Source: the human T2T-CHM13v2.0 reference genome, Homo sapiens
Length of the DNA: 64,000 nucleotides
Assembly (NCBI RefSeq): GCF_009914755.1
Contig: NC_060925.1
Strand: one strand, 5' to 3'
Made by a program: the position numbers and the translations under genes. Positions 1-14,439 of this stretch are shown piece after piece. The notes under the pieces were generated by a model, which saw only the letters and a program-made list of their open reading frames with translations, was not told where the DNA came from and did no database searches. Each line of letters opens with the position of its first letter. Positions within the stretch are counted from its first letter, which is position 1.

Positions 1-496
1 ATGGGTCTAGGTAAACAGGATGAAGCCAAACAGCTTAGAACATGGTGAATAAAACACGGATTCTGGGGCCTGCTCTTAACAGGTGCTGGTAGCTGGCTGG
101 GCAAGACAATAGAACTCTTGACTTTATCTCAGCCTATTTTCAAAGAATCACATTAGAAAGTGTCCTGGTATGGGGAAGGGAGAGAAAAATCAGAAAATCT
201 CTATAACATACAGAAATCTGTATATTAATTTTTTCAATTCTGTGAAGGCTTCTTCTTACGAGATTTCTGAAGTTGGGCCAACTAAAATTTAAGGACCCTT
301 GAATGACTATTATCTTTGCTGAGAGAGGGTGTATGTCAAATTCAACAAAATTAATAACCTACATTTGTGTAATGTCTTACAGGTTATGACGTTCTCTGAT
401 GCCGTCTTTTTAAATCTCAGTCATTTCTCTTTGCTTTTGCCCATTTCTGTTCCCATTTCCTAAAACTCTTTCTTCTAGCCTTCTGGTTGACACCAA

Positions 497-740
497 TTTT
501 TTTAAAACAGCTGTATTAAGATATAATTCACATACCATGAAATTCACCAATTTAAATTGTACAATTCAATGGCTTTTAGTATATTCAAAGTTGTGCAACC
601 ATCACGACAATTTTAAAACATTTCCTTCACCCCGAAAGAAATCCTGGACCCATTAGCAGTCTCTCTCCATTTCCCACACTAACCTCCCTAGCCATAGGCA
701 ACCACAAATCTACATCGGACAGGGCCCATTCTGGACATTA
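497..740 (-). mobile_element. Old L1M (L1MB-like) 3' end fragment
   Basis: 'gatataattcacataccatgaaattcacc...tgtacaattcaatggcttttagtatattc...gttgtgcaaccatcac' matches L1MB 3' ends in reverse. Confidence 0.7.
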
Positions 741-767
741 ATTTTTAATTTTTATTTGAAAGTGCCC

Positions 768-1058
768 CTGTAATCCCAGCACTCTTGGAGGCCAAGGCGG
801 GAAGATCACTTGAGCCCAGGAGTTAGGGACCAGCCTGGGCAACATGGCAAAACCCCGTCTCTACAAAAAATACAAAAATTAGCCGGGCGTGGTGGTGTGC
901 ACCTGTAGTCCCAGCTCCTTGGGAGGCTGAGGTGGGAGGATCACTTGGGCCTGGGGAGGTCAAGGTTGCAAGTGAGCTATGATCATGCCACTGCATTCCA
1001 GTCTGGGTAACAGAGTGAGACCCTATTTCAAAATGAAAAAAAAAAATACAGAAAGAAA
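768..1058 (+). mobile_element. AluJ, 5' truncated
   Basis: Alu dimer with A tail; TSD gaaagtgccc (758-767 / 1059-1068). Confidence 0.9.
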
Positions 1059-1219
1059 GAAAGTGCCCTTGGGGATTAGGAATTCTTACTTTTGGAACTC
1101 CTGACCCCTAAATGGTGGATATCTGTGATAAATCAGAGAGCTGTGACAGAAATGGGGGGGGAAGGGGAAACAGTATTTATTTAACAACTACTGTGTACTA
1201 ATGTGTATCATTACTTTCA

Positions 1220-1627
<408 letters not shown>

Positions 1628-1703
1628 TTATAAAGTTAGTAACAAAGTAAGATTATAAATCTTTGTTTTCTGACTAGAGCTTATTCATCTTCTTTGCACG
1701 AGA

Positions 1704-1862
1704 ACAGTGGTTCTCGAACTTTGGTGGGCATGAGAATCACCTGGAAGCCTTATAAAACACAGACTGTGGAGCTCCACACACAGAGTTTCTGATTTACTAG
1801 TTCTGGGGTGGTGCTTAAGCATTTGCATTCCCAGATGCTGCTGCTGCCAGTCTGAGACTGCA
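1704..1862. mobile_element. MER5A-like hAT-Charlie MITE
   Basis: 'cagtggttctc...gaatcacctgg...cagagtttctgatt...atttgcatt' matches MER5A family. Confidence 0.7.
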
Positions 1863-3604
1863 CTATGTTGTGCTGCCTAACAGTACCTGAGAATGTAATT
1901 GATTAAGGTCACAGAGCTGGATGTGACTGATTAAGGTCAGAGAGCTTTAACGTCATCCAGCCATCTTTTCAGAACAGTACTTATGATCTGACAAAGCAAC
2001 TGCTGATTGATAAAAGGTGGAAAGTAATTAGAAAGGTAATACAGAGAACGATAATACTTTGGATACATGATGAAGTGTGATAACATCTATTTTTCTGGCT
2101 GGGGAATGAGATAAACAAATAGAGAACTGATCATGGTGCATGAAGCACCTAGAGAAAGAACATTTCAGTTGGGTGCAAAATGTAACGTTCCTTGTCTAGT
2201 TCAGAACTATGGCTACTCAAGGGGAGAAGGCAGGCAGACAAAGGACTGTCAACAGCAATGTCTCTTATTGTTCTTTGGCTACAGCTGCACTTGCATACTC
2301 ATGCTGACTTCGTGCCCAAATGTTAACTAGGCCAGAACTTGATCAGACTGAAATCTGTAAAAGAAAAAAAAATCATCACAGATACCAAGAAAATGTATTT
2401 CCTTGAATCTGTTCTAACTCTGAATTTTGTTAAAAAATTAGATTTTTTTTTTTTTTTAGTGGGAGGAAAAGGAGGACAGCTCAAAACCACTTAATTCAGA
2501 ATCTGCAGTGTAATTGTTATGGTAGGCTCAAATGTGATTTGAACATCCCTAGCTATGGGATTTGGTGACCAAGCTCCCAAGAGAGGATGACACAGCACAG
2601 GGAATAGCACAGGCAGCTTGCCTTGCTTTGTAGGGGGCAGAGATGTGAAAGTCCTTGTTGAGGTCAGTGGAGCTGAGAGTACTCTTCATAATTTAAATGG
2701 ACACGGGTAATTTCCTTACATGTAGGCAAGCCAGCCCTAGGGATAGGAAGGAGAAAGAAAAACAGGGAGTACAGAATGCAGATGGCTGCCCTCTGCTAAT
2801 TAGGCCTTACCTTTATATAGAATGCTTTTGATTTTTTCAGACACTTTCAGGTATATTAACTCATGCACAGAGGTCAAATATTATTATTATTAAACAAAGT
2901 GCAGAGAAGTATTGAGAATTAGCTCAGTTAATGAATTAGCTCAACTAGGTAATAGATGCATTAAGATTAGATGGGGACAGTCACTCTGGAATGCCAGGAA
3001 AACAAAACATTCAGAAATAAGTATAGTAACCACATTAATACAATCAAGGGAACAAGCCTTTCCTTCCAAAGTGACGGAAATTAAGTTTACTTGTTGGTGT
3101 CCTTACTTCCATATTCATTCATTTGTTCATTCATTTATCATGTATTAAATGCTTCCTACTTGCTTATCATTCTGCTCAGTGGGCCTGGGGGATGTAGAAA
3201 TGAGACATTATCTCTTTTCATTTGTTGAGGCCCTACAAGGTGCCAGAACCGTTCCAGGCGTTGGGGATATAGTAATTAAAAACAAAACAAAACAAACCAA
3301 ACAAGAAATGTATAAGCCAGTGTGGAGTAAGTCAATTAAAATTAACAAAGCAAAAGGAAGTAAGTCCTATAATAAAAATGCCTTGATGGATAGAGGGATG
3401 GGTAGATGACCAGTTATGTTTTAAAGCAAGTATATATATAGTACGATGTTAGTGATAGAGTCTAGGTGGTGGGTATACTGGTGTTTGCTGTAAAATCTTT
3501 CAACTGTGCTCGAAAATTTTTATGATAAAATATTATGGAATAAACACTATAGGAATGACAAGGAAGATGCAGATTTGAGAAAAGTTTATGAAAGACATGG
3601 CATT

Positions 3605-3884
3605 CTTTTTTTTTTTTTAAGAGACAAGTCGATAGAGGAGTGCAATGGCATGATCACAGCTGCAACCTCGAACTCCTGGGCTCAAGTGATCCTCCTGCCT
3701 CAGCCTCTGGTGTAGCTGGGACTACAGGTGTGCACTACCATGCCCAGTTAATTTTTGTACTTTTTGTGGAGATGGGGGTCTCATTATGTTGCCCAGGCTG
3801 GTCTCAAACTCCTAGCCTCAAGTGATCCTCACTCTTCTGCCTCCCAAAATGTTGGGATTACAGGCATGAGCCACCCCACTGGCC
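3605..3884 (-). mobile_element. AluJ
   Basis: Reverse Alu with T tail; TSD tggcattc. Confidence 0.88.
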
Positions 3885-4226
3885 TTTGGCATTCCTTTAT
3901 CCTCCTCCTCTTCTCCTTAACTACCTAATATCCCCATGCTAACCCTTAGCTGTAGGTTCAACTTCCAAATTCCAATGGGCTATAAAGAGTTCTACAAAAG
4001 TCCATGATGACTAATAAATCTATCTAGTAGAGAAAAGACCTTTTGGAGAAGAGGCTAACTCTAGGACCACCTAAAACTCACCCACTCCATAGCTATTTGG
4101 TAAGGCACCCCTTTAGGAAACTTCACCCAAATGCCTGCTTCTGGGTACCAGGTAGTGGCCACTCTCCCCATCTTTGTTTCCTGTCTGAGCTGCTACCGAG
4201 TTTGATGTTAGATGGTGACATAAAAT

Positions 4227-4421
4227 ACAGTAATTCCTAGATATATGCGGAGGGACTGGTCCCAGGACAGCCTACATGTAACCAAATCCACACATGAAGT
4301 CCCACAGTCAGTCCTGAGGAACCTGCACAAATATTGTGTTTTCCATCTGCCCTTGGTTTAAAAAAAAAGCTGCATAAAAGTGAACCTCACAGTTTGAACC
4401 AGTGTTGTTCAAGTGTCAACT
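4227..4421. mobile_element. MER8-like TcMar-Tigger MITE
   Basis: 'ggactggtcccaggac...aagtcccacagtcagtcctgaggaacctgca...gtgttgttcaagtgtcaact' matches MER8 with an internal deletion. Confidence 0.65.
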
Positions 4422-4463
4422 TTAATTTAAAAGTGAAAAAAGTTTGTTTTCTCTGGTATCCTT

Positions 4464-4496
<33 letters not shown>

Positions 4497-5579
4497 TTGA
4501 CACAGGCTCTGGCTCTGCTGACCAGGCTGGAGTGCAGTGGGGAGATCATGGCTCACTGCAGCCTCGATTTCCCTGGCTTGAGAGAAAATTATTTTTTTCA
4601 AAATAATCTTCAATTTAAGGTAATTTACTAAGTTTCAAAAGATAATGCTATTGACGTAAATTCTGTTTTAGATTGTAGGCCCCATCAGCTCATTGATACT
4701 AGTCTCAAGTTCACAGGAGAAGAGACTGGAAGTTACTAGGCTAGTCCTGCCTCTCTCAGGTGTGTCCCAGCAAAACTTTTCTTTCCAGTTTCAGCGCTTT
4801 AGAAACCTTTTCTCTTCAAACACTAATACAGGGCCTAGACTGTACCAGCACTGTTCTGAGAACTTTACATACACTAATTCATTTAATTCTCACAAAAATC
4901 CTGGGATGTAATTGCCATTATTATTCCCATTTAACAGATAAGAACACTGAAGCACAGAGAGATTAAGTAACTTGCTCAGGGACCTGGATGTGAATGCAGA
5001 AATCTGGCTCCAGAGGTGGAGTCTGAAACTGCCTTTCTAAGTGACTGATTGCCAATCTCTGGAAAACCGTTCAATTGAAGATATTAATGGATCAAAATGT
5101 CAGTATGTTTTCAGATACCCTAACTCCATAGGAAGCTCAGTGTATGGGATGAGATACTGTGGTTTAGAAGGGAATTGCTTTTCCAACGGAGGGCACCCTT
5201 CAGATAAGCCCCTCAAATTGCCCTTCACTAGAGAGTCGCACGAGGACAGGCCTGCTAAAAAGGATGGCGCTGGGGGGTTTCCAAGACAGGAAATATCTAA
5301 AGCCAGCGGCTGACATATTATCTTGGCGAACGGGAGAAGGGAAAAAGAACCCTCATTTTTTGGAAACACAAGTTTTTAGCCTGGATAATGGGTAAATGAC
5401 ATTAACTCTTCGTTCCACACTAATCTTTCAAGCTTGTTCAAATTTTGCTTCTCAAACCTGGGCCATTCCTTCTTATCTAATCTGCCTATTATTTCCTTCA
5501 AGCTTTTTATCCCTTCTGAAAATAGGTGGTAGCATACCAAATTAAAATACAGAACAGCCTGTTTCTTTCCCCCAGGGTC

Positions 5580-6700
5580 CACTAGGGCGCGTCGGAGAAA
5601 GGGTTAACCGGGCGGGTGGGAGGGAAGGTCGGGCTCACACCTTTCGCAGAGACCTCGGGCGGCGGCGGGGCCCGGGAGGGGCGGAGGCTGGGGCCAGACG
5701 CCTCGCCGCCTCCGCCTCGGCGAATAGCAGCGCGCTGCCCGCCCGGATTGGAGCAGCAGCATCACGCTGACCTCTGCCTGGGATGTAAACCGGACCAGCC
5801 GCTGCGGGCAAAGGAAGGCTCTTGGCTCCTTCGGGAAACCCAGCCCCGTCACCGGGCTCCGAGCGGCTCGCAGGCGAGCGACAGCGGCCTCAGCCCCGGC
5901 AGCGCCCAGCGGCGGCTGCGGAAAGCGGAGGGAGTCCGACGCGGGCGCGGGCGGGGAGCGTGCGTCCGTTCGCACAGGCAGCGGGAGGAGGGGCGGCGCG
6001 AACCATGGCCGGGGACAGCGAGCAGACCCTGCAGAACCACCAGCAGCCCAACGGCGGCGAGCCCTTCCTTATAGGCGTCAGCGGGGGAACAGCTAGCGGC
6101 AAGGTACGGCGGGGCCCGGAGCCGCGCTCCCTTCCCGGCTTCTGTCCCTGGGCGGCGCATGTGGCCGGCGGCCGCGGGCCGTGTCAGTTGCGGCAGCCAC
6201 CGCGTGGCCCGCGCGCCTCCGCTCCCGGCCGCGCTCCAGCGCCGAGTGCGCCCCGCGCGGCCTGGGGGCGCTGCGGCGGGGGCAGGCGAAGACTCGGGCC
6301 TTGGGGGTTCCGGGGGTACGCGGCCACGATCGCAGGGCGGGAGTGCTCCTCCGGCTTTTCTCCCCCCGCGTTAATAACTCGTGGCCGGGGTCCTATGGGG
6401 GAAGGGCAGGGAAGCGGATGCTTATTGTTTTGCAACTCCAGTGTCGGGGGAGAGGGCTTTCCGCAGGATCCCCCACTAACCCCCGATGGACTCCCTCAAG
6501 CCCCGGTCTGGCACAGACGTGCTCGCCCCGCGGCGCAGCCTGGTGCCGAGGGCGGAGCGAGCCGGGAAGCGCGGCCGAGAGGGCGAGGGTGGCGGGAACG
6601 CGCGAGGCGGCATCCCGGGGAAGGGGAGCCCAGTGTGGGGCTGCACGCAAGGGCTGGGGATTACAGGGGTTTCCGGGTAAAAGTCTGAGAGCCAAATAGG
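5580..6700. promoter_or_regulatory. CpG island / TATA-less promoter and 5'UTR of UCK2
   Basis: Abrupt rise in GC and CpG density. Multiple GGGCGG Sp/KLF boxes (e.g. 5610, 5679, 5948, 5991). Spans exon 1. Confidence 0.92.
6005..6103 (+). CDS. UCK2: Uridine-cytidine kinase 2, coding part of exon 1 ([33 protein letters not shown])
   Basis: Strong Kozak accATGg at 6005. The 33-aa translation is the recognisable UCK2 N-terminus with the Walker A/P-loop [11 protein letters not shown]. It is followed by the donor AAG|gtacgg (phase 0) and lies inside a CpG island. Confidence 0.96.
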
Positions 6701-8029
6701 TGCCGTGACATCAATGAAACGATAATAGTAGGGGCTTCTGTTTTTTAAGGTTATAAGAGGAAACGTGGTCGGCTTCAATGAGAAAGTTGTACTGGCTCCA
6801 AGCTCTTCGGTGTCCAGGACGTACGCGTCTTGGATCCACGGAAGGGGGTCATCGTATGGGTGTCTGACCCTCTTAGGAGCCTGTTTCCTTTGTTTTATCA
6901 GCAAGGCAAGGAGAGACAAGGGAAATGACTTCCTAGCTTTACCCGGGGTTTTTTCTGCAGGTGGAGAAGGGTGGAGTCCTCCCAGATGGTTCTTTCTTTG
7001 CTCCCCTAACAGCCTTTAAGATGTGGCTACTTGTTTTTCCCACCGTTTAACACCCTCCAACTTCATTTGGAGCACGGGTTCCTCAAGGGATCCTGAGAGC
7101 TGGGTGCTGGGTGCTGGTTTGGAGAGGCAGGATGATGCTTCTCCCGGCTGGGGAGAGCAGAGCAGGAAGGCTGGTTGGCGCCATGAGGAAAGAGCCACGA
7201 GGTTTTAGCTCCCGAACCGACTCGTCAGTAGCCCCTCCTCCATGTTGGTTTTACATTTTTCCCTCCTGGTCTGGACTACTTTAGCGCAAGGAGCCCAGCC
7301 AGACACGGCGGCTGGCGCTGCTGGACTTCTTTATTGATGAAGTTGATCTCGTCCGTAGCTCCCGGGGTTAGGAATCGGCCTGCTTTAGGTCCTGAAGTTT
7401 CTGTTCTGTGTGCTCCCTGGTTGAAGGCTTTTAAAAAAATTTGTAATTTTTGAGTATGTTCTTTACTATGACTTATACTAGTAATTCAAAGCAAAACCAG
7501 AATGCTAGCCCTTCAGGAAGCTTTACCTGTTCTTTTAGAATTATTCTTGCTCTTCTGGCATATTCCTGTTGGATTGGGAGCATTTTTTGTTGTTGTTGTT
7601 CATGGCTGTTTTCCCAGCCCTCCTAGCACAATGCCTGCCTGGCATGTAGTGGGGTCCAAATTTTAAGCTGAAGTCCAGTCCTCCTAAAGTGGGGAGGAGG
7701 CTTAAACTTGCATATGAGCTTTTAGAAACAAAATGATCTTGGTAATCATCTGAATAATTTAGTTACCACGAGGGTGAAAACTGCGACCCTAAAAGGTGAA
7801 TAACTCTGTTATTGTTCTTCTTGTGTGTTTCTCAGTCGTCACCTGTTCTAACTTGATAATCAAGCTTTTGGTGTTACTTGGGTAAAGTGAGGGATGGGAT
7901 AGTGGTGAGCCAATGTGGGAGTAGCTAATTCTCTGCTATTTTTATCCAGGAGGAAAAGTGTAGAAACTCTCAAGAAAGGAAGGGTCCGTTTTTCTGCAGT
8001 TTTCAAAGCATGTTGTACATTTTTATTTA

Positions 8030-8840
<811 letters not shown>

Positions 8841-8924
8841 TTGTACATTTTTGACATACGAATGATTGATAGTTTGTCATCCTTTAAGATTATTGATATT
8901 TTTGTTATTAAAAAAGTCCAAGAC

Positions 8925-9570
8925 TGGGCCTGGTGGCTCACACCTGTAATCCTAGCATTTTGGGAGGCAGAGACAGGAGGATTGCTTGAGCCCGGGAGTT
9001 TGAGGCCAGCCTGGGCAACATAGTGAGACCCCATCTGTATAAAATGAAAATTGTGGTGGGTCGAGAAAGTTATTTTGACCTATGTTTAAAACCAGATTCT
9101 CAGCTTGGGCAACATGGTGAGACTTGTTCTCTACAAATAATAAAATTATCCAGGTGCAGTGCTGCAGGTCTAGAGGCTGAGGTGGGAGGAATGCTTGAGT
9201 ATGGGAGGTCGAGGCTGCAGTGAGCTGTGATTGTGCCACTACACTCCAGCCTGGGTGACAGAGCAAGACCTGTCTCGAACAAAAACCAAAAAAGGTTATG
9301 GCTGAGTACGGTGGCTCACACCTCTAGTCCCAGCACTTTGGGAGGCCAAGGAAGGAGGATGCCTTCAAAACCAGCCTGGGCAACAGAGAGAGACCCCGTC
9401 TCTACGAAAAATTAAAAATTAGCCATGTATGTGCCACCAGCTTCTCAGGAGGCTGAGGCAGGAGGATGGCTTGAGCCTAGGACTTGGAGGCTGCAGTGAG
9501 CTTTGATGGTGCCACTGTACTCCAGACTGGGCAACGTAGCAAGACCCCATCTCAAAAGCAAACCAAACCA
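8925..9570 (+). mobile_element. Cluster of three + strand FLAM/AluJ elements
   Basis: Alu segments at ~8925-9045, 9100-9295 and 9301-9570. Confidence 0.85.
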
Positions 9571-9908
9571 GATTTTCATATTTCCCCCTAAAGGACAGGT
9601 GTAATAACACTAAAAGGTGGAAAAAAACCCAGGCTAAACTTCTTTGCCTGCATACATATCTGTGACTTTTAGGTGTCATTCTGTTTCCTTTTCATCTTTG
9701 CCTGTTCCTTGTTCTGTAACCTCTTCATTGGACAACTAAAATAGCCTCTGAAACGAGAAAAATCTGCTCCATTACACTGCCATCAGAGTGGTCTTCCTTA
9801 GGAATAGCTCTGGATGTGCCATTTTCCTTTTTGGAAACCTTGGGTAACTCCCCACTGCTCAGTACAGGTCAAACACTTCAGTACAGTACAAATCCCCTTG
9901 GCCCCTAA

Positions 9909-10278
<370 letters not shown>

Positions 10279-10774
10279 TGAACTGTCTTCACTTACATTT
10301 TTGCTCAGTGGTCTTCTTTTTGTAATGGCCTTTAGTCTTTTTAAGGCTCAGCTCTGTTAATACTTTCTTGAGGGAGCTTTGTTACCCATTTCCTTAATGA
10401 GAATTATTTTTTCTGTCTTCTGCTTCCATAGACTTACCATATCTTTCTTGTCTTATGCTTATTTGTTGACTGCTTCTTCCCGTAGAGTATGTGTTCTGTG
10501 AGAGAATACTTTTTCTTACTTAACCTGTTTAAGTGCTTGGGATTGAGGGGAAATAAGGATTTAAGAAACCATGAAAGAAGGTCTCTGTCCTTAGCAGTTT
10601 ACTGTTTATAAATTTCTTCCACTGTGTTTATTACCAAGTCACTTTATCATTAAAGCACTTGATTATCTATTCCCTTTGAAGTCAGGCATGTGTCTTCCCT
10701 ACTGGTAGATGACAATGGAAGATGAGGTTAGGGGAACTTTTGACTTAGTGGTAGGACTGGGATTAGGATCTAGG

Positions 10775-11057
10775 GTTTTATTTTTTATTTATTTTTGGGA
10801 CAGAGCCTTGCTCTGTCACCCAGGCTGGAGTGCAGGGGTGCGAACTCGGCTCACTACAACTCCTGCGATTCTCCTGCCTCAGCCTCCCAAGTAGCTGGGA
10901 TTACAGGTGCCCACCACAATGTCCGGCTAATTTTTGTATTTTTAGTGGAGACGGGGTTTCACTGTGTTGGCCAGGCTGGTCTCATCTTCTGACCTCATGA
11001 TCCGCCTCAGCCTCCCAAAGTGCTGAGATTACAGGCATGAGCCTCTGTGCCCGGCCG
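10775..11057 (-). mobile_element. AluS
   Basis: Reverse Alu with a small internal deletion. Confidence 0.88.
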
Positions 11058-12507
11058 GTTTTTTTTCTTAAAATCTGTACCTGTTTTGAACTTTCTCCAC
11101 AAGCAGTGGCCTCTTCGTGTAAATATTTTTAGGGAGGTTGGCCTGTGTGTGACCATTATAGGATAAGAGAGGAGATGCTGTCCCCTCTGAGGTGTGGACT
11201 GCCACCTCAGTGCAGCTTGGCCGTGAGTCAGCATCTGCTTTTGGAATGCTTCAGAATGTGCTCTGGACCCGTGTCGGCGCCCACTGCTCTGTTCTGGAAC
11301 CTTGGTCGCCATCCCCATCCAGCCAGATCACGTATTCCACACCTTCCTGTCAGGTGTTCCCAGGACTGTGGGGCTGGTTTGGTCCTTTTGCTGCTTTTCT
11401 CAGAGATGGCATTGTGTGTTTTCCGTCACCTCAAACTGCTGCCATGATCTGGCCCTTCGGACCTTCTTCCCTTTCCCCCTTACTCTAGCTAGTCCAGCCA
11501 GACCCACTCTTGGCATGGCAGGCTTTCCCCCAGCCAAGGATGTCCGCATTTGCTGTCTGCTCTGCCTGAATCTCTCCTGCTTGTTCACTGAGCCATGCCT
11601 AGCACGATGTCTGGTAGAATGAAGAAGAAACCCTGGGTCCTGCTGCCTCCAGTAGTTCCTATCCTGCTGCCTTTCCTCAGGCTGTATTTCTTCTTTGTTC
11701 CTTGAGTGTCTTTGAAGTATGGTTTCTGATGCTCACTCTGTTTGTGGTCACCTACCAGTTCACTACATAGCATTTGCTTTCATGTCATTTCTTTGTCAAA
11801 TCTTGCTTTTATGAGGTTCTGTGATGGAGACAGATTGTCTTTGGGAATTTCACTGCTGAAGACCTGACCTTTTTTGCTAGTGGGCTCTGTGATGGTGCTG
11901 TTGGAACTACTTAAGGTCTCTAAATCTTAGACTTGTATTTCAGTATTTTAAAATCAATAAAAAGGGGTTGAGAGTATACTTTTATATGTGAGTGTGTATG
12001 CATGTCTGTATGCTTTCGTGTCCATTAAACCATTTCAGTCATTAAGCTGATTTGTCATGAAAGCATTCGATCTTTTCATCATATATATAAAATATATAAG
12101 TATAACCCATATATAATTATGACATACAAAATAGGAATAAAAAATGAGAAAAAGGAAACATTTAGAAACATAATTTCTTTAATGGTATAAAATCTTTTGA
12201 TACTAAAATATTTTTTATTTGTGACTGAAGATTGAAAGACGTTTTATTTTTAAAAATCTTGTTTAATACTTGGTGAGTCTTGGATGACCTTGGTGGTGTT
12301 AGTTTTGGTGGTCATTCAAGACTGAAGGTTTTGTTCTAAGTTTAGTCTTCTGAATTTTTATTTAATGATTATCATATTTGAAAAAGTTACCTCTAAAAAG
12401 ATCCAAGTAGAGGAAAGTCATCATTTTGTAGTACTTACTAAATCATGATATTCCCATCCTCCAGTTATGCTATGGCTTTTCCTTAAAACGAGCTAGAAAA
12501 TTTTCAT

Positions 12508-12650
12508 CCTGTAGTCCCAGCTACTTGGGAGACTCAAGTGGGAGGATTGCCTGAGCCTTGGGAGGTTGAGGCTGGAGTGAGCCTTAGTCCCACCATTGCA
12601 ATCCAACCTGGGCAACAGAGCAAGACCCTATATCAGAAAAAACAAAAAAA
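12508..12650 (+). mobile_element. Alu right monomer (FRAM/AluJ)
   Basis: 'cctgtagtcccagctac...gagcaagaccct' plus A tail. Confidence 0.8.
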
Positions 12651-13529
12651 GTGCAATTAGTAGACAATTTAATAGAATAACCTGAAAAATATAAAGAACC
12701 ATATAAAGCCCTCCAGCATTAGGCTTTCAGGCCTCATAAGCCATAATTTGATTGGATGAGGGGGCAGTGGTTCTAAATGTATGCCTGAGAATTTTGAACA
12801 ATGACAGAAGGTGACAACTCTGAAAAATTCAGTTTGCTTTGCCAACTCGCTATTGGCAATACTCTTTCCATAACATGGGTTTCTTTCTTTCTTTTTTTGT
12901 TTTTTTTAAAGCAGTTGTTTTTACTTGGTTTCTCCCTGTGAAACTACAGGAAAAGTGTCAGTATTTCTGTGAATGCCTACACTTAACCTTCAGTACCCTA
13001 TGGGACAGGTGACCAGCAGGCAGTACTTTTTCTTCCTGTCCCATGTAGTGTTTGGTAAGAATTTTGCCTGGTACGTACATGGCAGAAACATAACAATTTT
13101 GTGTGGGTTGTAGAGTTGTGCTTCTTTATTTCTTTATTCAGCCCATAAGTATGCTATTTGGTCTGACATTTTTACCTTTTTTTTGGCTGACTAGCAGGGA
13201 GCAAGGGCTGTTTTGTCATCTCAGCTAGCATGCTCTGCTTTCCCTTGCCTGTCCTCTAGAAGTCCAAAGTTCTGTGTTTCTGGGATTGCTTTTCCCTGGG
13301 AGTGGAGATGAGCACTGTCTTTGCCCTTCGCAGGCTTCTAGTCTCCTAGGCTGTCTAGAGAAAGCTTGTGATAGAATGGGCTGATAACAGTGCTGATTTT
13401 GGACTATGGTCTAAAAGACATTTTTGTATTCATAACCGCTAAGAGAATTCTGGAGAATTCTTCATCCCATTTTGCACATATAATATATATATTTTTATAT
13501 GTTGTAAAAATATGTATTTTTAAAATTAG

Positions 13530-13671
13530 TTATTATTATTATTATTATTATTTCAGAGACTGTGTCTCACTATGTTGCCCAGGCTGGCATGAACTCCTGG
13601 CCTCAAGCGGTCGTCCTGTCTTGGGCTCCCAAGGTGCTGGGACTACAGGCAAGAGCCACTGTACTGGGCCC
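13530..13671 (-). mobile_element. FLAM-like Alu monomer with (TTA)n tail
   Basis: Reverse left monomer; tail expanded to (tta)n. Confidence 0.8.
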
Positions 13672-14117
13672 CATCACATATTTTTGACATCAGTTTTTTT
13701 CATTATAAATAAAGAGTTGAAAAGGAAGTGATTTCTGATATATTGTAAATATACACTTAAAAACAACAATTGTTTCATTATTCTTTTAAATGTATCTGAT
13801 GGGCTCTAAATCTATAATAATTTGACCTATTGTCATACATTTTAAAACATGTAGATGAACAAGCTCTTATTTGAGTCAGAAATGTTTATTTTTCTTTTTT
13901 CCTCAATCATATTTCAGTTCCACTTCCCCTGCAAAATATTAATTTAATTTCATTTATTTTTATGCTTGAAAATATTTTATTGGTCGTTCTATCACACGTG
14001 ACAGAAGTATACATTAAAATTTTATTTCCTGTTCTCATGAATCTAAGTATTTATTTCTTTTCGATTGCATTACTACTGTACTTATTAGTATAAAATTCAT
14101 CAAAACAAATGGATACT

Positions 14118-14428
<311 letters not shown>

Positions 14429-14439
14429 AAATGGATATG

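Noticed and set aside
5822-6688. 288-aa ORF spanning exon 1
   Set aside because: Only 6005-6103 is UCK2. The rest is 5'UTR and intron read-through in a stop-poor CpG island, giving low-complexity G/A/P/R sequence.
5604-6919. Multiple overlapping 100-170 aa ORFs on both strands
   Set aside because: Expected artefact of very high GC content; no recognisable domains.
6945-7050. Cryptic acceptor ttttttctgcag|gtg near exon 1
   Set aside because: No convincing paired donor or reading frame; such motifs are common.
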